From the NCBI GenBank assembly GCA_963693365.1, contig CAVNZM010000005.1, forward strand, positions 6,635,388 through 6,699,387: a DNA stretch of 64,000 bases, written 5' to 3'. The number at the start of each line of letters is the position of its first letter. Within the stretch, counting starts at the first letter, position 1. Under the pieces are notes generated by a model. That model saw nothing but the letters and a program-made list of their open reading frames with translations. It made no database searches and was not told the origin of the DNA. A program made the translations under genes and the position numbers. The DNA is from Amoebidium appalachense (Eukaryota; Protista; Ichthyosporea). This document shows, piece after piece, positions 21,516 through 31,030 of the stretch.

Positions 21516-23417
21516 ATGTTTTTAGTTGTTTGGGTCCTAACATGTCTAACCACCTTGGTGACGACAATGCCGGCCCTAGCGGCCTGCATGGGGGGGAAGC
21601 TAGAAACGCCGACCTCATTTTCCTTGAAGAACTCGGCTATAATGTCCCCCTTTCCTCCCCCGGCGCTTCACCGTGGTACCCTCCTGGAGCAGACATTCCG
21701 TTGCTCGACCGTGTCTACTTCCGTTCACACGACTTGCAACACGACAATCAATACTGCTTCTCTTTTCGTTCAGGGGAAACCGACTACGGACAATCATTTG
21801 ACCCCGAAGACCTGCCACCTGAAGACAATCGACATTCATCAGTCAACCTTCTCCACGGGCTGGAAGTCGAGGTCAACGCAAACGCAAGCAGAGGCACCAG
21901 ACGCCCTGGTACGCGCCCTAACGGAGTATGCAAATTTGCACAACAAGACGGGCGTGAGCCTGGCAGCTTGGTGCTGGTGCGTTCTTGGGTGTCTCCTTCT
22001 GTTCATGCTGCTGGCATTGTTGGTATCGAAGTTTGCCAGCTGTACAGCGCGCACGGCACTGTACCGTTCGTCGTCGGCACTCACCATGCTCCACCAACAA
22101 CTACTCGCCCTCGCGAATGTATTCACTTCCAGGCAAAACTACGCGTGCCTTTCAGGGCAGTCTTCCCACATCACTAAGTCACATGAATTTATCAATCAGT
22201 TAGTGACTCTTAGTCGTGGTGAGCTCGACCTAGTGGTTACTTATTATGGTGACCGGGGCCCTCGAAAATTTCATCCAAGCATGCTCCCCTCGTGGGTTCG
22301 TGCCGGACGGAGCCCCCGTAAGAACTCTGGCCGAGGTGGTAGGGGTGGACGTGGTGGTGGCCGGGGGGGGCATAACAACCCCCCTCCTGCTGCCAACGAA
22401 AATGGGGATGGTAATGCAGGTGGCGGTGGCCCCCCACCTCCCCCGGACGGTGGTGCTGACGGTGGTGCCGGTGGTGCTAATGGTGCCGGAGGTGCTAACG
22501 GTGCTGGTGGTGCCGGTGGTGGTGGTGGTGATGGTGGTGGCGACGGCGGTGACGGTGGTGATGACGGTGACGGTAACGACGGTAACGGTGACGACCGGGA
22601 GGGGAAGGAAAAGATTCAACACATCCCCTCAGCAGCCATTCAGTCCCGTCCTATGCTCGAGGCAGATGCCGATATCGACGAATTCTACAAACAACTCCAA
22701 CATCGTTTAATTTTCTTTTGTATTATGGAGTTGGTGGGCTTGAATCGCACGTTGATGTTTATTCGCATGTGCATGGGCCCCGGGGACCCCCGAGATGCTG
22801 CCGACAACGTCGACCTTTCCACGTGCACCGGCATCGACGATTTTTGGGCTAAGTTCCTTGAGAAGTATTTAGACAAGGAACGTAAGGAGGAGCATTTAGA
22901 CGAGCTGAACAAGCTTCGTTTTATGCACACTCGGGCCTCGATAAAGACATTCCACAAGAAATTTAATTGCATCGTCTCCAACACGGGTCTCAAGAACATG
23001 CCCGAGGTTGTGCTTCATCATTACCAACGTACCCTCAACGACTACCCGGACCTTTGTTCGGAGGCCTGGGCTGCCACCACCCTCAAGCAAGCCATGGCCC
23101 GTGTCATCCGACGGTATGAGGCTGATGTGGGTGCTCACAATTTAAAATGTAACCGTAATGTGGGTGCTGTAGATGAGATGGGTGGTGGTAGTGGGGGGCA
23201 TGGTGGTGGTGGTGGTGGTCACGGGGGTGGCCACGGAGGTAGTGGGGGTAATGTTGGTGGTAAGGGTAAATCTAATGGGGGGGGCAAATGGGCTAAGGAC
23301 AATAAGAAAGATAAGAGGGGGCCCAATTGTTGGGCATGCAAGCAGCCGGGGCATCGTTTTAAAGATTGCCCCACCCGAGCTGCCAAGAAGAACAAGGGCA
23401 AGCAAAGTGAAAAATAG
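21516..23417 (+). CDS. gag: Gag with N-terminal signal-peptide-like and transmembrane segments, Gly-rich linkers, capsid-like region and CCHC knuckle
   Basis: First ATG after the PBS; MFLVVWVLTCLTTLVTTMPALA; hydrophobic LAAWCWCVLGCLLLFMLLALLV; CWACKQPGHRFKDC. Confidence 0.75.
   Translation: MFLVVWVLTCLTTLVTTMPALAACMGGKLETPTSFSLKNSAIMSPFPPPALHRGTLLEQTFRCSTVSTSVHTTCNTTINTASLFVQGKPTTDNHLTPKTCHLKTIDIHQSTFSTGWKSRSTQTQAEAPDALVRALTEYANLHNKTGVSLAAWCWCVLGCLLLFMLLALLVSKFASCTARTALYRSSSALTMLHQQLLALANVFTSRQNYACLSGQSSHITKSHEFINQLVTLSRGELDLVVTYYGDRGPRKFHPSMLPSWVRAGRSPRKNSGRGGRGGRGGGRGGHNNPPPAANENGDGNAGGGGPPPPPDGGADGGAGGANGAGGANGAGGAGGGGGDGGGDGGDGGDDGDGNDGNGDDREGKEKIQHIPSAAIQSRPMLEADADIDEFYKQLQHRLIFFCIMELVGLNRTLMFIRMCMGPGDPRDAADNVDLSTCTGIDDFWAKFLEKYLDKERKEEHLDELNKLRFMHTRASIKTFHKKFNCIVSNTGLKNMPEVVLHHYQRTLNDYPDLCSEAWAATTLKQAMARVIRRYEADVGAHNLKCNRNVGAVDEMGGGSGGHGGGGGGHGGGHGGSGGNVGGKGKSNGGGKWAKDNKKDKRGPNCWACKQPGHRFKDCPTRAAKKNKGKQSEK
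21542..22177 (+). CDS. Overlapping alternative-frame ORF (~211 aa), unknown function
   Basis: Open in both element copies (copy 2: 31732-32373); starts at the second ATG after the PBS. Confidence 0.35.
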   Translation: MSNHLGDDNAGPSGLHGGEARNADLIFLEELGYNVPLSSPGASPWYPPGADIPLLDRVYFRSHDLQHDNQYCFSFRSGETDYGQSFDPEDLPPEDNRHSSVNLLHGLEVEVNANASRGTRRPGTRPNGVCKFAQQDGREPGSLVLVRSWVSPSVHAAGIVGIEVCQLYSAHGTVPFVVGTHHAPPTTTRPRECIHFQAKLRVPFRAVFPHH

Positions 23418-23496
23418 GTAATTGCCGGTGCTAGATGCACGGATACGGCATGTATTGCACATTGTGACCCAGTGGGTCACGAAAAAGTAATTAAAA

Positions 23497-24717
23497 ATGT
23501 GCCTATACCAAGTGCTTCTGCCCCGGCTTCTTCCGATATCCCCCCCTCCGAGCCCCTTTCCCCCGACCCCCGACCCCCCACCCCCCCACACCCATCCCCC
23601 CCCCACAAAGAAACTTCGAACACTCGATAGAATAAGAAAAGTGTTCGATATAAGTGCCATATGCAATGCAGGAAGACGTATCTATGTTAATGTTACGTTG
23701 AGTAATGAAAAATATTTTGCATTGTTTGACACTGGGGCATCATTCACGGTGGTTAGTGAAGCTGTTTTTTCCCGACACATGCAGGAGTTTGCTTTGCAAC
23801 CCTCGGATGTGATTGTTACTTCTGTAAGGAAAAACGATAAAGCTCTAGCTGTGAGTGGTGAAGTGATGCTCCCGTTATGCCTCGGTTCTCAAACATTCAT
23901 GTGGCCTTGCTTAGTAATTAAAAATATTAAGCATGACATGATTATTGGGAACGATTTTGCCAACAAACACATTGCCACTACTAATCATCAAGCACACTCA
24001 CTGACACTGGTGTCGGGGATGGTGGTGCCGACGTCATCATTGCACACCCCCTACACAATGTGTCCTGTTACCGTCAAGCACGTCGACACCACCGTCAAAT
24101 CTGGCTTTGGATGTGTATTACGTGCAACGGTGCAGGTGACTGCTGCTGCTGCTGCTGCTGGCACCCTCGGTATCTTCGAGCCTACTCGTGGTGAATTTCG
24201 AGATAAGTTCCCCCCCACCATCTGTGAAATTAGTGTGGATAAATCAATTGCTGTTGTGTGCGAAAATGGTGTGGGTCCGGATTTGAACGTGTTCGGTACC
24301 ATCGGTCATTTCGTTCCTACGAGCCGACATGAGTACATACACGAACTGAGTGTTTTGCAAGCCGAACCCCACCCCAGTCGTACACAAACCGTCGTTGGTG
24401 CAATAGCGCAGTGCATCAGGTGGGCAACGGGGGGTGGAGAAGGTTGCCTACCCAATTCACCTCCGGCCGTGCCACCGGGCCGGGTGCCTACCGATAACAT
24501 GTGTGGGCACGAAGGGCATGTGAGTGGGACACGAGGCGGTCCGATACACTCACCGATCGACCAATCAATGTGTGCCGTTGATCATGAAAACCCCCCCCCC
24601 CGCGAAAAATTTCGGAAATTTCGGGTGGGGGTGCACACGATGCCGGCCAGGCTCCCCACGGTTTTGATTGGAATAGGGTGCCTCAGAGTATGCTTCCGGA
24701 TGTCAAGAAACTATTAG
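23497..24717 (+). CDS. Retropepsin aspartic protease ORF of Gypsy copy 1
   Basis: ALFDTGASFTVVS and DMIIGNDF motifs. Confidence 0.85.
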   Translation: MCLYQVLLPRLLPISPPPSPFPPTPDPPPPHTHPPPTKKLRTLDRIRKVFDISAICNAGRRIYVNVTLSNEKYFALFDTGASFTVVSEAVFSRHMQEFALQPSDVIVTSVRKNDKALAVSGEVMLPLCLGSQTFMWPCLVIKNIKHDMIIGNDFANKHIATTNHQAHSLTLVSGMVVPTSSLHTPYTMCPVTVKHVDTTVKSGFGCVLRATVQVTAAAAAAGTLGIFEPTRGEFRDKFPPTICEISVDKSIAVVCENGVGPDLNVFGTIGHFVPTSRHEYIHELSVLQAEPHPSRTQTVVGAIAQCIRWATGGGEGCLPNSPPAVPPGRVPTDNMCGHEGHVSGTRGGPIHSPIDQSMCAVDHENPPPREKFRKFRVGVHTMPARLPTVLIGIGCLRVCFRMSRNY

Positions 24718-27700
24718 AAGCACACTCTCGTTGCTTCATCACTACGGACCCCGACGAATTTCCTCAGATTAAAGGATTCACCATGCACATAGACACGGGA
24801 GATAACCCACCGATTCGATTAAAACAGTGGAGGTTGGAACAAGTGAAAGAGCAGGCTGCAAAGGAGATCGTGGAGGATATGTGTCGTAGAGGGCAGATGG
24901 AACAAGCACACAGTCAGTATAATTCACCCACCTTCGTAATACGAAAACCAAACGGAAAATACCGTCTGCTGACTGATTTTCGTGCTCTTAACAAGCAAAT
25001 TCGAAAATCTGCCTGCCACCCATGCCCAACTTGCAACAACAAATAGAGAAGTTGGCTGGGTATAAGTATTTCTGTAAAGCTGATATGTCGGGTGCCTTTT
25101 ACCAAATACTGCTAGACGCTGAGTCACGTGAAAAAACAGGATTTTCTGTGGCTGGTGTGCAGTATCGTTATTGTGTGGCACCACAGGGGCTAAGTACTTC
25201 CCCGTCCCAGCTAGCATCTATCATGACACAGATTTTGGCCCCTCTGGCCGATGACGTGGTGGTATATGCCGATGATTTAGCTGTGGGTGCACACACCGAA
25301 AAAGAATTAATACAGAAGCTTGACCGACTTTTCACCCGCCTCGGTGAATATGGAGTTAAGCTCGATGGGGCAAAGACATACATTGGGCTCACGGAAATAC
25401 CGTTTTTGGGTTGGATTGTAGGTGTGAATGGCATTCGGCCCGACCCGAAAAAGGTTCAGGCAGTGAAAGATTGGCCGGTACCAAACACACTACATCAACG
25501 TTAACTCCGGGGTTTTCTGGGTATTACTTCGTATCTCCGCCGTCACATTTTAAATTATGCAGAGCGAGCCCGGCCCATGAATGCCGAGTGTTACGGAGAA
25601 AAACACCGACGGTTAAAATGGACGGACGAATTAGATCGCTCGTTTAAAGATTTAAAATCGGCGTTATCGGAGGAAGTGCTTGCCCTGCCCGATCTTTCCC
25701 CCACGGGGGGTCAGTTTCTTATTCGTTGTGATGCTAGTCGGTTCTCGGAAGGGGCTTGCCTGTATCAAAAACAAAAAGATGGCAAGTTCCGCACGGTGGC
25801 ATATGCCTCCCGGATGTTTCAACCTACCGAACGTAGGTGGAGCAACATCGAACGAGAAACGCATGCAATCTATTGGGCCCTGAAAGAGTTTAGGGTGTAC
25901 GTGTATGGTCGAGTGAATACTATTGTGGAAAGTGACCATAAGCCCTGTCTTTCTCTTAAAGGTGTCAAACGGATAGCAAACGAACGGATGCAACGGTGGG
26001 CTTTGGAAATGCAGGAGTATGATTTCGATCTATACTACCGTCCTGGCCCTACCATGCACGATGCTGATGGGTTAAGCCGTATAGGATATATTCTGCATGA
26101 GAACGAAAACATACCACTGGAAAAGTGGGATGTGAAAAAGGAATTACAAGAGGTTCTCACAGCAGATTTATCCGAGCTTAGCTCGAAACCAGCCGAAGTG
26201 TTTGTTGATTGGGGTGATGCACTCGAATTCACACACATTTTCGATCCAGACCGCTTGAAATGTGCACAAATTTCTGCACTCAGTCAAGCCGGCCTGCCCT
26301 CCCTTTCTGTACTCGGTGGTGCCGGCTATCAGAAGGAAGCAATTATGATGGCACAGGGGGGGGACAAAATGTGTAAGGATATAATCACGTGGCTCCGGTG
26401 GCTTGCCTCCCTCGATGCCGAGGCCAAACGGGAATGGCAGGCAGGGGGGGAACGAGCTGCACACGGTCTTAATCTTGAGTATTTCGGATACAAAAAGGTT
26501 AAGAAAATAGCACAAATGTGTGTGATAGAGGATGACGTGCTTTATCATGTGGCTAAGGATGGTCGTCGTTGCCTATATGTGCCCGAAATCCTTCGTGCTG
26601 ATTTATTAAGAAGTGTGCACGACGGGGGGGGTCATACTGGCATTGAACGAACTTACGAAATATTATACAATTACTATTGGCCACGCATGCACAAAGATAT
26701 CACTGCTTATGTGAATGCCTGCACACAGTGCCAAGGCCGTAACGATAACCCACACTTGAGAAGTAGGCCATTTGAACAGAGATACGAAAATTTAAAAATG
26801 TTCTCTCGTGTTTCTGTTGACCTTATGGGTCCGTTCACAGAAACGAAAAATGGTAATACTTTCATTTGTGTGTTTATGGATATGGCAACGAAGTATTTAA
26901 TCACTGTGCCCATCCAATTTAATCATGCCGTTAATGTTGCACATGCACTCATGAATGTAATTTGCTATATACACGGCCCCCCTCGTACACTCTTGAGTGA
27001 TCAAGGATCAGAATTTCTCAATGAGCTAATTGTTGAGATTTGCCGTATAGCAAATATTGCACAAGTGAGCACCTCTGCATATCACCCACAAAGCAACGGT
27101 TCCAATGAACGGTCTCATAGATTTATTAATAATGCACTCTCAAAGTACGTTAATTATGAGCACACTAATTGGGACACTCTGTTGCCGGTGGTTACACATG
27201 CATACAACACAACAACACACAAAATTTTGCAATGTACACCGTATTATCTTGTGTACGGGCAAGAAGCAACACAATTCCCTGACGTTGCCCTTCTTAACAG
27301 TAACCACCCGGCACTCAAGGACCCAGAGTGGAAGGCATACCGGCGAGAGTTACTAGCCCGTCTGCCTCTGCTCCGTGCTGTGGTCCAGCAACGTGCCGTA
27401 CGAGAGCCCCCAGGCCCCTCGGTGGCTCGTGAACTTAAGAAAGGTGCACGGATTCGTGTTCGGAATCAAGCCAAAAATATCGGTGCCTGGGATGTACGGT
27501 GGATTACGGGTTACGAAATCGTCAAAAGGGTCGGCCCGGTCACGTACGAGATCCGAAGCTTAGCAACTATGAAAAAATCTAAGTGGCACGTGGACGATAT
27601 TCAGCTTGAATTGAGTGAGCAAAATAGAATTCGGCCTCAAGATCTCTCTCACCTCCCGGACACGGATGAAAGTCACAATTTCAACAAGGTTCTGCCGGAC

Positions 27701-27928
27701 GAGTGGGTGGTGGAAAAGGTGCTTGACGTAAGAATTCAGAAACGGCGCAAGCAATCCACCCCCTACAAGTGGTACCAGATCAAGTGGGCAGGCAAAGATG
27801 AATCATTCACCTCTTGGGAGTGTGAGAAAGACTTAGCCTGCCCGGACAAGATCCGAGAGTTCCACCAACGCAGAGGTGACCTTGCATCGTTCCACGGATA
27901 CATTGACTCATTGTGTGGAGCATGGTGA
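24678..27928 (+). pseudogene. pol: Pol of Gypsy copy 1 (RT, RNase H, integrase, chromodomain), interrupted by frameshifts and a stop
   Basis: YRLLTDFRALN, YADD, CDAS, SDHKP, integrase HHCC and DDE (VDLMGP, SDQGSEF, NERSH), chromodomain WVVEKVLD...YQIKWAG...SWE; lesions near 24595, 25015 and 25499-25504. Confidence 0.92.
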
Positions 27929-28346
27929 CGTATGTCGAGGACGACATACTTCTTTTTACGGTGGGGCGTGTGGTATATTATACCGGATATCTAGTATGGA
28001 TGTACACAGGTTGAGATATACGCGCACGTGTACATGTATATATACCACTGTGTTTGATCTTAGGTAGGCCAGTATGCATGTCCCCCCCAGTCTTGTGCGC
28101 ATGAGCATGAAGTTAAACATATGTGCACGTGCAGCTTGCAGGATTATTCATGGGAAAACAGATATAATAGTCACATGGGACAGACACGTAGTAGAGGAAC
28201 CATGAGCGTTAAGTTATAGTTTTATCATGGGAAAATATGCAAGTAGCCGTGAGGTATGACTGTGGAATGCATAGATAGTCAAGTACTGTCACCCGATTGG
28301 CTCACTAAGTTTATTGGAACCGTGATAGCCATGGGACAGAACCGTG

Positions 28347-28953
28347 CACGCTGCACCAGGTTGAGCTCGGCCTCTTTCTTTCTTGCCTCCGCAAGGGCCC
28401 TGGACCATCTTGACGAGAGCTGGGGGTAATAGTCGCGCTCCATATTGGCCCGCACGACCTGGGCAAACGCACCACCCTCAGTAGCCCTGATGTGCTGGTA
28501 AGTCACACGGTCGCCTACCAGGTTGAGGATGTCGCCCACCATGCTCCATGTCAGGTCGAGACGCCGCCGCAGGTGGGTAGCTTAGTCTTCATCGGGCAGC
28601 CGCGGCATAGCAGCCACGGCGTTGTAGAGATGCAGGAGGGCGTTGCCCAAGCCCCCAGCAAACTCCACTTCTTCACGGACCGCCTGGCTGAGTTCACTGC
28701 GCTCAAACCCTAGGTGCTCAACAGGAATCGGACCGGGCCCGTTGCTGAGGGAGTCCTCCACCACGAACCGGGCAAAGCCGCCGAAGGCAGGGTGCATGGT
28801 TACCAAAGCTTGGCGTTGCACCGGCACCAACGGCAGTTCGGAGAAGCCCCAGTTGCGCCCAAGTCGCTCACGGCGGGCCTCGTTACTCTCGACAGCATCG
28901 CCAGAAATGAGGCGGCGGAGCTCCGCAAGATAAGCTGAGTAGTTGGCGTCCAT
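28347..28953 (-). pseudogene. Gag-position ORF of YR element A with one in-frame stop (28582-28584)
   Basis: ORFs 28582-28962 and 28279-28542 share one frame; lies just inside repeat A1; truncated by the Gypsy LTR; identity inferred from position only. Confidence 0.45.
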
Positions 28954-30077
28954 TCTAGTCACTACTAGAGTGGCGGGAGCAACGACGTACAGGACGGAAA
29001 GTTAAAAGTATACAGGCGCACTGCCACAAGATTGCTACCTAATCACCAACCGTCACTGCTAGAGAGAGCAGCGACGGGGGACAAAAAGTGAGGGTGATTT
29101 AACCATCACCCGCTTTTTATAGTACCCTAAAAAGCTGCTACTGTGCCTATTGGGTGATCACTTCGATCTCCCAATATGGCACTACTAAGTTTAGAAAATC
29201 TGGATTTCCCAAATCAACGATTTAAGATTGGTCCAGATCGAATCCGGTCCAATCAGATTAGCCATATAAGGATATTTTTAAAAAGAAAACCGTTTTTCCG
29301 AAAGGGAGCCCTACGTCTTTCGACCCACAAGGGATCCGATTCCGGCCCTGACCAATCTCAGCTTGAAGCGCCATCAGCTCGCACTCAGATCAGTTGCCGC
29401 CAATAATTTATGTTCACGAAGCTTCAAAAAATGATCCGACCATAATTCCATGAGGTGCACACGTTTTTTTTTCTTTCACACGTTTTTTTTCTTTCACACG
29501 TTTTTTCTTTCACTCACGTTTTTTTCTTTCTTTACTTTCTCTACTTATTTTTTTTTTATTTTTTTTTTATTTTTTATTTTTTATTTTATCCCGTTTCACT
29601 CCCGGCGAGGCACTGCCTCAGGGGAGCTTACCGTCTTCCGCCTAGACACAGATCGTACTGTATAGCACACTCATAAGTCAGGATTCTAATTGACCCCAAC
29701 TGGCACTATTTTTAGTTACGCCTTATCCCACGGTTCTAGCCGCAGCAACGCTAGTGGGGAAATGAGCACAGCTCACTTTAACAACACCAGCCGGGAGCGA
29801 CCCGGGACACATACACAAACATAAAGACTTGAAAGGGAAGACCCCATGCCCAGGACGCTGACCCGAACCGTGGCCGGTGACTCGGATTGGTCTCCCACTT
29901 GAACGTTGGGCCGGGATGCCCAAGCGGCGCGCCGTCGACGTCAGAGGGCCGGTGCTGTTCATGACGTCATGTCTTACGGCCGGGTGATAACAAATTGGTG
30001 GTGCTGCTTTGACGTGGTCTGGGGTGATGGCTTCTAGGGGGCGGCCAGACCGGTGGACCGTCGAGGCAGAAAAAAAT

Positions 30078-30149
30078 CGGAAGTAACCAGGATCGATCCT
30101 GCGACTTTGAGCTTGACACGCAGAGATCTTACCATTGCACCAACCCGCC
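30078..30149 (-). ncRNA. Degenerate tRNA-derived Pol III unit (possible SINE head)
   Basis: A-box-like TGGTGCAATGG, B-box-like GGATCGATCC, followed by T7; poor acceptor stem. Confidence 0.45.
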
Positions 30150-31030
30150 CCCCTACTTTCTCTACTTAGGCATCCACCTTTACTTAGGCATCCACCTCTA
30201 CTTAGGCCCCTAGAGGGGCAGCTAGAACCCACCCATGGCTTCTCAGGACGTATCCTTGTCCCCGGACCCTCCTGGGACACCGCCTGGGAGCCGCAAACGT
30301 GATACACGGGAGGGAGAATCCCCAGATAAGAGGGTAACTAAACAGAGCCGGGCGGAACAGGTTCCCTTTCCCGAGGTTAAAGCGCCACTGGCCGTGCCGC
30401 CAGCAAGTAGTTTTATTAAGAAAGAACAACTGCACTTGATACCCGAGAAGGCTAGGAAATCCGTGCTCAAACTTATGGCGCATCATGAGCAGCTCCGCAC
30501 CCAAGTCTCCGACTTAACAACCCAAGTAGCTGAGTATAAAGCCAAACAGGACCACACAGACATCCTTGTTCAGCAAATGGAGACGCGCTTACGGCAGCTG
30601 GAAGCTGACCGGGCAACCCCCACCGGCCCTGCCCACGCGGGCCCGGCCCCTGCAGCACAGGCAGCCCCCGATGGGTTACCCACCCCCCCGAGGTCTCCCA
30701 AGTTCATACCCACAACGAACCCTAAGGTGTGTAGTACCGCACTACTGTGGACGCCAAGACCGTGTACGTGTCCGAGAAAGTCAAAACATATGCCGAGTCA
30801 GTGGCCCAGACCTTTGGCAGCCCTTGCCGCAGCGTCGGCACTGCACCCAACCCGCCGCCCTCGGGTGGCGTCTGCCCCTGCCCCTGAGGGTACCGACGAG
30901 TCCGAGTTGACCACTGCAGCCTTCACCATCATGATGGTGCCGGCCAACATCAGCATCATGCGTGACCGTCTTTACACCCTCGGTGTCCTCAACCGAATGA
31001 TTCCCGACATGCTCTTCATTGGCCGTCGCT

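Larger units (their letters stand above)
15155..28346 (+). mobile_element. Ty3/Gypsy chromodomain LTR retrotransposon, copy 1
   Basis: 5' LTR TGTGGTAT...ATACAACA at 15155-21450, split by YR element B at 15519-21204; gag, protease (LFDTGAS), RT (YADD), RNase H, integrase and chromodomain; G-rich PPT-position tract before 27969; 3' LTR 27969-28346 is truncated and no TSD is recoverable. Confidence 0.95.
14267..29223 (-). mobile_element. Tyrosine-recombinase (DIRS order, PAT/Ngaro-like) retrotransposon A, disrupted by a Gypsy insertion plus deletion
   Basis: ~166 bp direct repeat 29058-29223 = 14581-14746; short repeat ATTTTCAACTTAGGTTGCT at 14262-14280 = 14743-14761; YR C-terminus at 14811-15154 and a gag-position ORF at 28347-28953, both on the minus strand. 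Confidence 0.65.
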
